From assembly GCA_964016885.1 (NCBI GenBank), contig OZ024744.1:40300001-40364000 (forward strand): a stretch of 64,000 nucleotides of DNA, read 5' to 3'. Of this stretch, positions 25,921 to 41,379 are shown one piece after another. Under the pieces are notes generated by a model. That model was not told the origin of the DNA, made no database searches, and saw only the letters and a program-made list of their open reading frames with translations. Source of the stretch: Eledone cirrhosa. Its lineage: Eukaryota. The stretch's first letter is position 1. Every line of letters begins with the position of its first letter. Position numbers and translations under genes: made by a program.

Positions 25921-28900
25921 GCTTTATTTACAAAGCCTAGCTTGACTCAAGGTAATGGTAGTTTCCATCAACCCAGCTTTATTTACAAAGCCTAGCTTGA
26001 CTCAAGGTAATGGTAGTTTCCATCAACCCAGCTTTATTTAAAAAGCCTAGCTTGACTCAAGGTAATGGTAGTTTCCATAAACCCAGTTTTATTTACCAGG
26101 TCTAGCTTGACTCAAGGTAATAGCAATTTCCATCAACCAAGTTTTATTTACAAACCTAGCTTGACTGAAGGTAAGGGTAGGTTCCATCAACCCAGCTTTA
26201 TTTACAAAGCCTAGCTTGACTCAAGGTAATGGTAGTTTCCATCAACCCAGCTTTATTTACAAAGCCTAGCTTGACCCAAAGGAATGGTAGTTTCCATCAA
26301 TCCAGCTTTATTTACAAAGCCTAGCTTGACCCAAGGTAATGGTAGTTTCCATCAACCCAGCTTTATTTACAAAGCCTAGCTTGACCCAAAGGAATGGTAG
26401 TTTCCATCAACCCAGCTTTATTTACAAAGCCTAGCTTGACCCAAGGTAATGGTAGTTTCCATCAACCCAGCTTTATTTACAAAGCCTAGCTTAATTCAAG
26501 GTAATGGTAGTTTCCATCAACCCAGCTTTATTTACAATGCCTAGCTTGACTCAAGATAATGGTAGTTTCCATCAAACCAGCTTTATTTACAAAGCCTAGC
26601 TTGACTCAAGGTAATGGTAGTTTCCATCAACCCAGCTTTATTTACAAAGCCTAGCTTGACTCAAGGTAATGGTAGTTTCCATCAACCCAGCTTTATTTAC
26701 AAAGCCTAGCTTGACTGAAGGTAATGGTAGTTTCCATAAACCAAGTTTTATTTACAATGTCTAGCTTGACTCAAGGTAATAGTAATTTCCATCAACCAAG
26801 TTTTATTTACAAAGCCTAGCTTGACTCAAGGTAAGGGTAGGTTCCATCAACCCAGCTTTATTTACAAAGCCTAGCTTGACTCAAGGTAATGGTAGTTTCC
26901 ATCAACCCAGCTTTATTTACAAAGCCTAGCTTGTCTCAACGTAATGGTAGTTTCCATCAACCCAGCTTTATTTACAAAGACTAGCTTGACTCAAGGTAAT
27001 GGTAGTTTCCATCAACCAAGTTTTATTTACAATGTCTAGCTTGACTCAAGATAATGGTAGTTTCCATCAACCCAGCTTTATTTACAAAGCCTAGCTTGAC
27101 CCAAGGTAATGGTAGTTTCGATCAACCCAGCTTTATTTACAAAGCCTAGCTTGACTCAAGTTAATGGTAGTTTCCATCAACCCAGCTTTATTTACAAAGC
27201 CTAGCTTGACCCAAGGTAATGGTAGTTTCCATCAACCCAGGTTTATTTACAAAGCCTAGCATGACCCAAGGTAATGGTAGTTTCCATCAACCCAGCTTTA
27301 TTTACAAAGCCTAGCTTGACTCAAGGTAATGGTAATTTCCATCAACCCAGCTTTATTTACAAAGCCTAGCTTGACCCAAGGTAATGGTAGTTTCCATCAA
27401 CCCAGCTTTATTTACAAAGCCTAGCTTGAACCAAGATAATGGTAGTTTCCATCAACCCAGCTTTATTTACAAAGCCTAGCTTGACTCAAGGTAATGGTAG
27501 TTTCCATCAACCCAGCTTTATTTACAATGCCTAGGTTGACCCAAGGTAATGGTAGTTTCCATCAACCAAGCTTTATTTACAAAGCCTACCTTGACTCACG
27601 GTAATGGTAGTTTCCATCAACCCAGCTTTATTTACAAAGCCTACCTTGACTCAAGGTAATGGTAGTTTCCATCAACCCAGCTTTATTTACAAAGCCTAGC
27701 TTGACCCAAGGTAATGGTAGTTTCCATCAACCCAGCTTTATTTACAATGCCTAGCTTGAATCAAGGTAATGGTAGTTTCCATCAACCCAGCTTTATTTAC
27801 AAAGCCTAGCATGACCCAAGGTAATGGTCGTTTCCATCAACCCAGCTTTATTTACAAAGCCTAGCTTGACTCAAGGTAATGGTAATTTCCATCAACCCAG
27901 CTTTATTTACAAAGCCTAGCTTGAACCAAGGTAATGGTAGTTTCCATCAACCCAGCTTTATTTACAAAGCCTAGCTTGACTCAAGGTAATGGTAGTTTCC
28001 ATCAACCCAGCTTTATTTACAATGCCTAGCTTGAATCAAGGTAATGGTAGTTTCCATCAACCCAGCTTTATTTACAAAGCCTAGCTTCACCGAAGGCGAT
28101 GGTAGTTTCCATCAACCCAGCATTATTTACAAAGCCTAGCTTGACTCAAGGTAATCGTAGTTTCCATCAACCCAGCATTATTTACAAAGCCTAGCTTGAC
28201 CCAAGGTAATGGTAGTTTCCATCAACCCAGCTTTATTTACAAAGCCTAGCTTGACCCAAGGTAATGGTAGTTTCCATCAACCCAGCTTTATTTACAAAGC
28301 CTAGATTGACCCAAGGTAATGGTAGTTTCCATCAACCCAGCTTTATTTACAATGTCTACCTTGACTCAAGGTAATGGTAGTTTCCATCAACCCAGCTTTA
28401 TTTACAAAGCCTAGCTTGACTGAAGGTAATGGTAGTTTCCATCAACCCAGCTTTATTTACAAAGCCTAGCTTGACCCAAAGGAATGGTAGTTTCCATCAA
28501 CCCAGCTTTATTTACAAAGCCTAGCTTGACCCAAGGTAATGGTAGTTTCCATCAACCCAGCTTTATTTACAAAGCCTAGCTTAATTCAAGGTAATGGTAG
28601 TTTCCATCAACCCAGCTTTATTTACAATGCCTAGCTTGACTCAAGATAATGGTAGTTTCCATCAACCCAGCTTTATTTACAAAGCCTAGCTTGACTCAAG
28701 GTAATGGTAGTTTCCATCAACCCAGCTTTATTTACAAAGACTAGCTTGACTCAAGGTAATGGTAGTTTCCATCAACCCAGCTTTACTTACAAAGCCTAGC
28801 TTGACTCAAGGTAATGGTAGTTTCCATCAAACCAGCTTTATTTACAAAGCCTAGCTTGACTCAAGGTAATGGTAGTTTCCATCAACCCAGCTTTATTTAC

Positions 28901-31900
28901 AAAGCCTAGCTTGACTCAAGGTAATGGTAGTTTCCATCAACCCAGCTTTATTTACAAAGCCTAGCTTGACTCAAGGTAATGGTAGTTTCCATAAACCAAG
29001 TTTTATTTACAATGTCTAGCTTGACTCAAGGTAATAGTAATTTCCATCAACCAAGTTTTATTTACAAAGCCTAGCTTGACTCAAGGTAAGGGTAGGTTCC
29101 ATCAACCCAGCTTTATTTACAAAGCCTAGCTTGACTCAAGGTAATGGTAGTTTCCATCAACCCAGCTTTATTTACAAAGCCTAGCTTGTCTCAACGTAAT
29201 GGTAGATTCCATCAACCCAGCTTTATTTACAAAGACTAGCTTGACTCAAGGTAATGGTAGTTTCCATCAACCAAGTTTTATTTACAATGTCTAGCTTGAC
29301 TCAAGATAATGGTAGTTTCCATCAACCCAGCTTTATTTACAAAGCCTAGCTTGACCCAAGGTAATGGTAGTTTCGATCAACCCAGCTTTATTTACAAAGG
29401 CTAGCTTGACTCAAGGTAATGGTAGTTTACATCAACCCAGCTTTATTTACAAAGCCTAGCTTGACTCAAGGTAATGGTAGTTTCCATCAACCCAGCTTTA
29501 TTTACAAAGACTAGCTTGACTCAAGGTAATGGTAGTTTCAATCAACCCAGCTTTATTTAAAAAGCCTTGCTTGAACCAAGGTAATGGTAGTTTCCATCAA
29601 CCCAGCTTTATTTACAAAGCCTAGCTTGACTCAAGGTAATGGTAGTTTCCATCAACCCAGCTTTATTTACAAAGACTAGCTTGACTCAAGGTAATGGTAG
29701 TTTCAATCAACCCAGCTTTATTTAAAAAGCCTTGCTTGACCCAAGGTAATCGTAGTTTCCATCAACCCAGCTTTATTTACAAAGCCTAGCTTGACACAAG
29801 GTAATGGTAGTTTCCATCAACCCAGCTTTATTTACAAAGCCTATCTTGACTCAAGGTAATGGTAGTTTCCATCAACCCAGCTTTATTTACAAAGCCTAGC
29901 TTGACTCAAGGTAATGGTAGTTTCCATCAGCCCAGCTTTATTTACAAAGTCTAGCTTGTCTGAAGGTAATGGTAGTTTCCATCAACCCAGCTTTATTTAC
30001 AAAGCCTAGCTTGACTCAAGGTAATGGTAGTTTCCATCAGCCTAGCTTTATTTACAAAGTCTAGCTTGTCTCAAGGTAATGGTAGTTTCTATCAACCCAG
30101 CCTTTTTTACAATGCCTAGCTTGACCCAAGGTAATGGTAGTTTCCATCAATCCAGCTTTATTTACAAAGCCTAGCTTGACCCAAGGTAATGGTAGTTTCC
30201 ATCAACTGAGCTTTATTTAAAAAGCCTAGTGTGACTCAATGTAATGATAGTTTCCATCAACCCAGCTTTATTTACAAAGCCTAGCTTGACCCAAGATAAT
30301 GGTAGTTTCCATCAACCCAGCTTTATTTGCAAAGCCCTGCTTGACTCAAGGTAATGGTAGTTTCCATCAACCCAGCTTTATTTACAAAGCCTAGCTTGAC
30401 CCAAAGGAATGGTAGTTTCCATCAACCCAGCTTTATTTACAAAGCCTAGCTTGACTCAAGGTAATGGTAGTTTCCATCAACCCAGCTTCATTTACAAAGC
30501 CTAGCTTGACTCAAGTTAATGGTAGTTTCCATCAACCCAGCTTTATTTACAAAGCCTAGCTTGACCCAAGGTAATGGTAGTTTCCATCAACCCAGCTTTA
30601 TTTACAAAGCCTAGCTTGACTCAAGATAATGGTAGTTTCTATCAACCGAGCTTTATTTACAAAGCCTAGCTTGACTCAAGGTAATGGTAGTTTCCATAAA
30701 CCCAGCTTTATTTACAAAGCCTAGCTTCACCGAAGGTGATGGTAGTTTCCATCAACCCAGCATTATTTACAAAGCCTAGCTTGACTCAAGGTAATCGTAG
30801 TTTCCATCAACCCAGCTTTATTTACAAAGCCTAGCTTGACTCAAGGTAATGGTAGTTTCCATCAACCCAGCTTTATTTACAAAGCCTAGCTTGTCTCAAG
30901 GTAATGGTAGTTTCCATCAACCCAGCTTTATTTACAAAGTCTAGCTTGACTCAAGGTAATGGTAGTTTCCATCAACCAAGTTTTATTTACAATGTCTAGC
31001 TTGACTCAAGGTAATGGTAGTTTCCATCAACCCAGCTTTATTTACAAAGCCTAGCTTGACTCAAGGTAATGGTAGTTTTCATCAACCCAGCTTTATTTAC
31101 AAAGCCTAGCTTGACCCAAAGGAATGGTAGTTTCCATCAACCCAGCTTTATTTACAAAGCCTAGCTTGACCCAAGGTAATGGTAGTTTCCATCAACCCAG
31201 CTTTATTTACAAAGCCTAGCTTAATTCAAGGTAATGGTAGTTTCCATCAACCCAGCTTTATTTACAATGCCTAGCTTGACTCAAGATAATGGTAGTTTCC
31301 ATCAACCCAGCTTTATTTACAAAGCCTAGCTTGACTCAAGGTAATGGTAGTTTCCATCAACCCAGCTTTATTTACAAAGCCTAGCTTGACTCAAGGTAAT
31401 GGTAGTTTCCATCAACCCAGCTTTATTTACAAAGCCTAGCTTGACTCAAGGTAATGGTAGTTTCCATAAACCAAGTTTTATTTACAATGTCTAGCTTGAC
31501 TCAAGGTAATAGTAATTTCCATCAACCAAGTTTTATTTACAAAGCCTAGCTTGACTCAAGGTAAGGATAGGTTCCATCAACCCAGCTTTATTTACAAAGC
31601 CTAGCTTGACTCAAGGTAATGGTAGTTTCATCAACCAAGTTTTATTTACAATGTCTAGCTTGACTCAAGATAATGGTAGTTTCCATCAACCCAGCTTTAT
31701 TTACAAAGCCTAGCTTGACCCAAGGTAATGGTAGTTTCGATCAACCCAGCTTTATATACAAAGCCTAGCTTGACCCGAGGTAATGGTAGTTTCCATCAAC
31801 CCAGCTTTATTTACAAAGCCTAGCTTGACCCGAGGTAATGATAGTTTCCATCAACCAAGTTTTATTTACACTGTCTAGCTTGACTCAAGATAATGGTAGT

Positions 31901-33129
31901 TTCCATCAACCCAGCTTTATTTAAAAAGCCTAGCTTGACCCAAGGTAATGGTAGTTTCAATCAACCCAGGTTTATTTACAAAGCCTAGCATGACCCAAGG
32001 TAATGGTAGTTTCCATCAACCCAGCTTTATTTACAAAGCCTAGCTTGACTCAAGGTAATGGTAGTTTCTATCACCCCAGCTTTATTTACAATGCCTAGCA
32101 TGACCCAAGGTAATGGTAATTTCCATCAACCCAGCTTTATTTACAAAGCCTAGCTTGACCCAAGGTAATGGTAGTTTCCATCAACCCAGCTTTATTTACA
32201 AAGCCTAGCTTGAACCAAGGTAATGGTAGTTTCCATCAACCCAGCTTTATTTACAAAGCCTAGCTTGACTCAAGGTAATGGTAGTTTCCATGAACCCAGC
32301 TTTATTTACAAAGCCTAGCTTGACCCGAGGTAATGGTAGTTTCCATCAACCCAGCTTTATTTACAAAGCCTAGCCTGACCCGAGGTAATGATAGTTTCCA
32401 TCAACCAAGTTTTATTTACAATGTCTAGCTTGACTCAAGATAATGGTAGTTTCCATCAACCCAGCTTTATTTACAAAGCCTAGCTTGACCCAAGGTAATG
32501 GTAGTTTCCATCAACCCAGGTTTATTTACAAAGCCTAGCATGACCCAAGGTAATGGTAGTTTCCATCAACCCAGCTTTATTTACAAAGCCTAGTTTGACC
32601 CAAGGTAATGGTAATTTCCACCAACCCAGCTTTATTTACAAAGCCTAGCTTGACCAAAGGTAATGGTAGTTTCCATCAACCCAGCTTTATTTACAAAGAA
32701 TAGCTTGAACCAAGGTAATGGTAGTTTCCATCAACCCAGCTTTATTTACAAAGCCTAGCTTGACCCAAGGTAATGGTAGTTTCCATCAACCCAGCTTTAT
32801 TTACAAAACGTAGCTTGAACCAAGGTAATGGTAGTTTCCATCAACCCAGCTTTATTTACAAATCCTAGCTTAATTCAAGGTAATGGTAGTTTCCATCAAC
32901 CCAGCTTTATTTACAATGCCTAGCTTGACTCAAGATAATGGTAGTTTCCATCAACCCAGCTTTATTTACAAAGCCTAGCTTGACTCAAGGTAGTGGTAGT
33001 TTCCATCAACCCAGCTTTATTTACAAAGACTAGCTTGACTCAAGGTAATGGTAGTTTCCATCAACCCAGCTTTACTTACAAACCTAGCTTGACTCAAGGT
33101 AATGGTAGTTTCCATCAAAACAGCTTTAT

Positions 33130-36100
33130 TTACAAAGCCTAGCTTGACTCAAGGTAATGGTAGTTTCCATCAACCCAGCTTTATTTACAAAGGCTAGCTT
33201 GACTCAAGGTAATGGTAGTTTCCATCAACCCAGCTTTATTTACAAAGCCTAGCTTGACTCAAGGTAATGGTAGTTTCCATAAACCAAGTTTTATTTACAA
33301 TGTCTAGCTTGACTCAAGGTAATAGTAATTTCCATCAACAAAGTTTTATTTACAAAGCCTAGCTTGACTCAAGGTAAGGGTAGGTTCCATCAACCCAGCT
33401 TTATTTACAAAGCCTAGCTTGACTCAAGGTAATGGTAGTTTCCATCAACCCAGCTTTATTTACAAAGCCTAGCTTGTCTCAACGTAATGGTAGATTCCAT
33501 CAACCCAGCTTTATTTACAAAGACTAGCTTGACTCAAGGTAATGGTAGTTTCCATCAACCAAGTTTTATTTACAATGTCTAGCTTGACTCAAGATAATGG
33601 TAGTTTCCATCAACCCAGCTTTATTTACAAAGCCTAGCTTGACCCAAGGTAATGGTAGTTTCGATCAACCCAGCTTTATTTACAAAGGCTAGCTTGACTC
33701 AAGGTAATGGTAGTTTACATCAACCCAGCTATATTTACAAAGCCTAGCTTGACCCGAGGTAATGATAGTTTCCATCAACCCAGCTTTATTTACAAAGCCT
33801 AGCTTGACTCAAGTTAATGGTAGTTTCCATCAACCCAGCTTTATTTACAAAGCCTAGCTTGACCCAAGGTAATGGTAGTTTCCATCAACCCAGGTTTATT
33901 TACAAAGCCTAGCATGACCCAAGGTAATGGTAGTTTCCATCAACCCAGCTTTATTTACAAAGCCTAGCTTGACTCAAGGTAATGGTAATTTCCATCAACC
34001 CAGCTTTATTTACAAAGCCTAGCTTGACCCAAGGTAATGGTAGTTTCCATCAACCCAGCTTTATTTACAAAGCCTAGCTTGACTCAAGGTAATGGTAGTT
34101 TCCATCAACCCAGCTTTATTTACAAAGACTAGCTTGACTCAAGGTAATGGTAGTTTCAATCAACCCAGCTTTATTTAAAAAGCCTTGCTTGACCCAAGGT
34201 AATCGTAGTTTCCATCAACCCAGCTTTATTTACAAAGCCTAGCTTGACACAAGGTAGTGGTAGTTTCCATCAACCCAGCTTTATTTACAAAGCCTATCTT
34301 GACTCAAGGTAATGGTAGTTTCCATCAACCCAGCTTTATTTACAAAGCCTAGCTTGACTCAAGGTAATGGTAGTTTCCATCAGACCAGCTTTATTTACAA
34401 AGTCTAGCTTGTCTGAAGGTAATGGTAGTTTCCATCAACCCAGCTTTATTTACAAAGCCTAGCTTGACTCAAGGTAATGGTAGTTTCCATCAGCCTAGCT
34501 TTATTTACAAAGTCTAGCTTGTCTCAAGGTAATGGTAGTTTCTATCAACCCAGCCTTATTTACAATGCCTAGCTTGACCCAAGGTAATGGTAGTTTCCAT
34601 CAATCCAGCTTTATTTACAAAGCCTATCTTGACTCAAGGTAATGGTAGTTTCCATCAACCCAGCTTTATTTACAAAGCCTAGCTTGACTCAATTTAATGG
34701 TAGTTTCCATCAACCCAGCTTTATTTACAAAGCCTAGCTTGACCCAAGGTAATGGTAGTTTCCATCAACCCAGCTTTATTTACAAAGCCTAGCTTGACCC
34801 AAGGTAATGGTAGTTTCCATCAACCCAGCTTTATTTACAAAGTCTAGCTTGTCTCAAGGTAATGGTAGTTTCTATCAACCCAGCCTTATTTACAATGCCT
34901 AGCTTGACCCAAGGTAATGGTAGTTTCCATCAATCCAGCTTTATTTACAAAGCCTAGCTTGACCCAAGGTAATGGTAGTTTCCATCAACTGAGCTTTATT
35001 TAAAAAGCCTAGTGTGACTCAATGTAATGATAGTTTCCATCAACCCAGCTTTATTTACAAAGCCTAGCTTGACCCAAGATAATGGTAGTTTCCATCAACC
35101 CAGCTTTATTTGCAAAGCCCTGCTTGACTCAAGGTAATGGTAGTTTGCATCAACCCAGCTTTATTTACAAAGCCTAGCTTGACCCAAAGGAATGGTAGTT
35201 TCCATCAACCCAGCTTTATTTACAAAGCCTAGCTTGACTCAAGGTAATGGTAGTTTCCATCAACCCAGCTTTATTTACAAAGCCTAGCTTGACTCAATTT
35301 AATGGTAGTTTCCATCAACCCAGCTTTATTTACAAAGCCTAGCTTGACCCAAGGTAATGGTAGTTTCCATCAACCCAGCTTTATTTACAAAGCCTAGCTT
35401 GACTCAAGGTAATGGTAGTTTCCATCAACCCAGCTTTATTTACAAAGGCTAGCTTGACTCAAGGTAATGGTAGTTTCCATCAACCCAGCTTTATTTACAA
35501 AGCCTAGCTTGACTCAAGGTAATGGTAGTTTCCATAAACCAAGTTTTATTTACAATGTCTAGCTTGACTCAAGGTAATAGTAATTTCCATCAACAAAGTT
35601 TTATTTACAAAGCCTAGCTTGACTCAAGGTAAGGGTAGGTTCCATCAACCCAGCTTTATTTACAAAGCCTAGCTTGACTCAAGGTAATGGTAGTTTCCAT
35701 CAACCCAGCTTTATTTACAAAGCCTAGCTTGTCTCAACGTAATGGTAGATTCCATCAACCCAGCTTTATTTACAAAGACTAGCTTGACTCAAGGTAATGG
35801 TAGTTTCCATCAACCAAGTTTTATTTACAATGTCTAGCTTGACTCAAGATAATGGTAGTTTCCATCAACCCAGCTTTATTTACAAAGCCTAGCTTGACCC
35901 AAGGTAATGGTAGTTTCGATCAACCCAGCTTTATTTACAAAGGCTAGCTTGACTCAAGGTAATGGTAGTTTACATCAACCCAGCTATATTTACAAAGCCT
36001 AGCTTGACCCGAGGTAATGATAGTTTCCATCAACCCAGCTTTATTTACAAAGCCTAGCTTGACTCAAGTTAATGGTAGTTTCCATCAACCCAGCTTTATT

Positions 36101-36855
36101 TACAAAGCCTAGCTTGACCCAAGGTAATGGTAGTTTCCATCAACCCAGGTTTATTTACAAAGCCTAGCATGACCCAAGGTAATGGTAGTTTCCATCAACC
36201 CAGCTTTATTTACAAAGCCTAGCTTGACTCAAGGTAATGGTAATTTCCATCAACCCAGCTTTATTTACAAAGCCTAGCTTGACCCAAGGTAATGGTAGTT
36301 TCCATCAACCCAGCTTTATTTACAAAGCCTAGCTTGACTCAAGGTAATGGTAGTTTCCATCAACCCAGCTTTATTTACAAAGACTAGCTTGACTCAAGGT
36401 AATGGTAGTTTCAATCAACCCAGCTTTATTTAAAAAGCCTTGCTTGACCCAAGGTAATCGTAGTTTCCATCAACCCAGCTTTATTTACAAAGCCTAGCTT
36501 GACACAAGGTAATGGTAGTTTCCATCAACCCAGCTTTATTTACAAAGCCTATCTTGACTCAAGGTAATGGTAGTTTCCATCAACCCAGCTTTATTTACAA
36601 AGCCTAGCTTGACTCAAGGTAATGGTAGTTTCCATCAGACCAGCTTTATTTACAAAGTCTAGCTTGTCTGAAGGTAATGGTAGTTTCCATCAACCCAGCT
36701 TTATTTACAAAGCCTAGCTTGACTCAAGGTAATGGTAGTTTCCATCAGCCTAGCTTTATTTACAAAGTCTAGCTTGTCTCAAGGTAATGGTAGTTTCTAT
36801 CAACCCAGCCTTATTTACAATGCCTAGCTTGACCCAAGGTAATGGTAGTTTCCAT
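33130..36855. repeat. About 1.47-kb block duplicated at a 41-monomer offset (about 33130-34600 and about 35385-36855)
   Basis: AGGCT 33191/35446, CAACAAAG 33336/35591 and CAGACC 34381/36636 are all offset by 2255 = 41 x 55. Confidence 0.87.
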
Positions 36856-38759
36856 CAACCCAGCTATATTTACAAAGCCTAGCTTGACCCGAGGTAATGA
36901 TAGTTTCCATCAACCCAGCTTTATTTACAAAGCCTAGCTTGACTCAAGTTAATGGTAGTTTCCATCAACCCAGCTTTATTTACAAAGCCTAGCTTGACCC
37001 AAGGTAATGGTAGTTTCCATCAACCCAGGTTTATTTACAAAGCCTAGCATGACCCAAGGTAATGGTAGTTTCCATCAACCCAGCTTTATTTACAAAGCCT
37101 AGCTTGACTCAAGGTAATGGTAATTTCCATCAACCCAGCTTTATTTACAAAGCCTAGCTTGACCCAAGGTAATGGTAGTTTCCATCAACCCAGCTTTATT
37201 TACAAAGCCTAGCTTGACTCAAGGTAATGGTAGTTTCCATCAACCCAGCTTTATTTACAAAGCCTAGCTTGACCCAAAGTAATGGTAGTTTCCGTCAACC
37301 CAGCTTTATTTACAAAGCCTAGCTTGACCCAAGGTAATGGTAGTTTCCATCAACCCAGCTTTATTTACAAAGCCTATCTTGACTCAAGGTAATGGTAGTT
37401 TCCATCAACCCAGCTTTATTTACAAAGCCTAGCTTGACTCAATTTAATGGTAGTTTCCATCAACCCAGCTTTATTTACAAAGCCTAGCTTGACCCAAGGT
37501 AATGGTAGTTTCCATCAACCCAGCTTTATTTACAAAGCCTAGCTTGACCCAAGGTAATGGTAGTTTCCATCAACCCAGCTTTATTTACAAAGTCTAGCTT
37601 GTCTCAAGGTAATGGTAGTTTCTATCAACCCAGCCTTATTTACAATGCCTAGCTTGACCCAAGGTAATGGTAGTTTCCATCAATCCAGCTTTATTTACAA
37701 AGCCTAGCTTGACCCAAGGTAATGGTAGTTTCCATCAACTGAGCTTTATTTAAAAAGCCTAGTGTGACTCAATGTAATGATAGTTTCCATCAACCCAGCT
37801 TTATTTACAAAGCCTAGCTTGACCCAAGATAATGGTAGTTTCCATCAACCCAGCTTTATTTGCAAAGCCCTGCTTGACTCAAGGTAATGGTAGTTTGCAT
37901 CAACCCAGCTTTATTTACAAAGCCTAGCTTGACCCAAAGTAATGGTAGTTTCCATCAACCCAGATTTATTTACAAAGCCTAGCTTGACTCAAGGTAATGG
38001 TAGTTTCCATCAACCCAGCTTTATTTACAAAGCCTAGCTTGACTCAATTTAATGGTAGTTTCCATCAACCCAGCTTTATTTACAAAGCCTAGCTTGACCC
38101 AAGGTAATGGTAGTTTCCATCAACCCAGCTTTATTTACAAAGCCTAGCTTGACTCAAGGTAATGGTAGTTTCCATCAACCCAGCTTTATTTACAAAGCCT
38201 AGCTTGACTCAATTTAATGGTAGTTTCCATCAACCCAGCTTTATTTACAAAGCCTAGCTTGACCCAAGGTAATGGTAGTTTCCATCAACCCAGCTTTATT
38301 TACAAAGCCTAGCTTGACCCAAGGTAATGGTAGTTTCCATCAACCCAGCTTTATTTACAAAGCCTAGCTTGACTCAAGATAATGGTAGTTTCCATCAACC
38401 GAGCTTTATTTACAAAGCCTAGCTTGACTCAAGGTAATGGTAGTTTCCATCAACCCAGCTTTATTTACAAAGCCTAGCTTGACCCAAGGTAATGGTAGTT
38501 TCCATCAACCCAGCTTTATTTACAAAGACTTGCTTGACTCAAGGTAATGTTAGTTTCCATCAACCCAGCTTTATTTACGATGCCTAGCTTGACTCAAGGT
38601 AATGGTAGTTTCCATCAACCCAGCATTATTTACAAAGCCTAGCTTGACTCAAGGTAATGGTAGTTTCCATCAACCCAGCTTTATTTACAAAGCCTAGCTT
38701 GTCTCAAGGTAATGGTAGTTTCCATCAACCCAGCTTTATTTACAAAGTCTAGCTTGACT

Positions 38760-39740
38760 CAAGGTAATGGTAGTTTCCATCAACCAAGTTTTATTTACAA
38801 TGTCTAGCTTGACTGAAGGTAATGGTAGTTTCCATCAACCCAGCTTTATTTACAAAGCCTAGCTTGACTCAAGGTAATGGTAGTTTCCATCAACCCAGCT
38901 TTATTTACAAAGCCTAGCTTGACCCAAAGGAATGGAAGTTTCCATCAACCCAGCTTTATTTACAAAGCCTAGCTTGACCCAAGGTAATGGTAGTTTCCAT
39001 CAACCCAGCTTTATTTACAAAGTCTAGCTTGACTCAAGGTAATGGTAGTTTCCATCAACCCAGCTTTATTTACAAAGCCTAGCTTGACTCAAGGTAATGG
39101 TAGTTTCCATCAACCCAGCTTTATTTACAAAGCCTAGCTTGACCCAAAGGAATGGTAGTTTCCATCAACCCAGCTTTATTTACAAAGCCTAGCTTGACCC
39201 AAGGTAATGGTAGTTTCCATCAACCCAGCTTTATTTACAAAGTCTAGCTTGACTCAAGGTAATGGTAGTTTCCATCAACCAAGTTTTATTTACAATGTCT
39301 AGCTTGACTGAAGGTAATGGTAGTTTCCATCAACCCAGCTTTATTTACAAAGCCTAGCTTGACTCAAGGTAATGGTAGTTTCCATCAACCCAGCTTTATT
39401 TACAAAGCCTAGCTTGACCCAAAGGAATGGAAGTTTCCATCAACCCAGCTTTATTTACAAAGCCTAGCTTGACCCAAGGTAATGGTAGTTTCCATCAACC
39501 CAGCTTTATTTACAAAGTCTAGCTTGACTCAAGGTAATGGTAGTTTCCATCAACCCAGCTTTATTTACAAAGCCTAGCTTGACTCAAGGTAATGGTAGTT
39601 TCCATCAACCCAGCTTTATTTACAAAGCCTAGCTTGACCCAAAGGAATGGTAGTTTCCATCAACCCAGCTTTATTTACAAAGCCTAGCTTGACCCAAGGT
39701 AATGGTAGTTTCCATCAACCCAGCTTTATTTACAAAGCCT
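38760..39740. repeat. Tandem 9-monomer (495-bp) duplication
   Basis: GACCCAAAGGAATGGAAG at 38921 and 39416, with neighbouring variants (GACTGAAGG, AGTCTAG) in the same register. Confidence 0.82.
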
Positions 39741-41379
39741 AGCTTAATTCAAGGTAATGGTAGTTTCCATCAACCCAGCTTTATTTACAATGCCTAGCTT
39801 GACTCAAGCTAATGGTAGTTTCCATCAACCCAGCTTTATTTACAAAGCCTAGCTTGACTCAAGGTAATGGTAGTTTCCATCAACCCAGCTTTATTTACAA
39901 AGCCTAGCTTGACTCATGGTAATGGTAGTTTCCATCAACCCAGCTTTATTTACAAAGCCTAGCTTGACTCAAGGTAATGGTAGTTTCCATAAACCAAGTT
40001 TTATTTACAACGTCTAGCTTGACTCAAGGTAATAGTAATTTCCATCAACCAAGTTTTATTTACAAAGCCTAGCTTGACTCAAGGTAAGGATAGGTTCCAT
40101 CAACCCAGCTTTATTTACAAAGCCTAGCTTGACTCAAGGTAATGGTAGTTTCCATCAACCCAGCTTTATTTACAAAGCCTAGCTTGTCTCAAAGTAATGG
40201 TAGTTTCCATCAACCCAGCTTTATTTACAAATACTAGCTTGACTCAAGGTAATGGTAGTTTCATCAACCAAGTTTTATTTACAATGTCTAGCTTGACTCA
40301 AGATAATGGTAGTTTCCATCAACCCAGCTTTATTTACAAAGCCTAGCTTGACCCAAGGTAATGGTAGTTTCGATCAACCCAGCTTTATATACAAAGCCTA
40401 GCTTGACCCGAGGTAATGGTAGTTTCCATCAACCCAGCTTTATTTACAAAGCCTAGCTTGACCCGAGGTAATGATAGTTTCCATCAACCAAGTTTTATTT
40501 ACAATGTCTAGCTTGACTCAAGATAATGGTAGTTTCCATCAACCCAGCTTTATTTACAAAGCCTAGCTTGACCCAAGGTAATGGTAGTTTCAATCAACCC
40601 AGGTTTATTTACAAAGCCTAGCATGACCCAAGGTAATGGTAGTTTCCATCAACCCAGCTTTATTTACAAAGCCTAGCTTGACTCAATGTAATGGTAGTTT
40701 CTATCACCCCAGCTTTATTTACAATGCCTAGCATGACCCAAGGTAATGGTAGTTTCCATCAACCCAGCTTTATTTACAAAGCCTAGCTTGACCCAAGGTA
40801 ATGGTAATTTCCATCAACCCAGCTTTATTTACAAAGCCTAGCTTGACCCAAGGTGATGGTAGTTTCCATCAACCCAGCTTTATTTACAAAGCCTAGCTTG
40901 AACCAAGGTAATGGTAGTTTCCATCAACCCAGCTTTATTTACAAAGCCTAGCTTGACTCAAGGTAATGGTAGTTTCCATGAACCCAGCTTTATTTACAAA
41001 GCCTAGCTTGACCCGAAGTAATGGTAGTTTCCATCAACCCAGCTTTATTTACAAAGCCTAGCTTGACCCGAGGTAATGATAGTTTCCATCAACCAAGTTT
41101 TATTTACAATGTCTAGCTTGACTCAAGATAATGGTAGTTTCCATCAACCCAGCTTTATTTACAAAGCCTAGCTTGACCCAAGGTAATGGTAGTTTCCATC
41201 AACCCAGGTTTATTTACAAAGCCTAGCATGACCCAAGGTAATGGTAGTTTCCATCAACCCAGCTTTATTTACAAAGCCTAGTTTGACCCAAGGTAATGGT
41301 AGTTTCATCAACCCAGCTTTATTTACAAAGCCTAGTTTGACCCAAGGTAATGGTAGTTTCCATCAACCCAGCTTTATTT

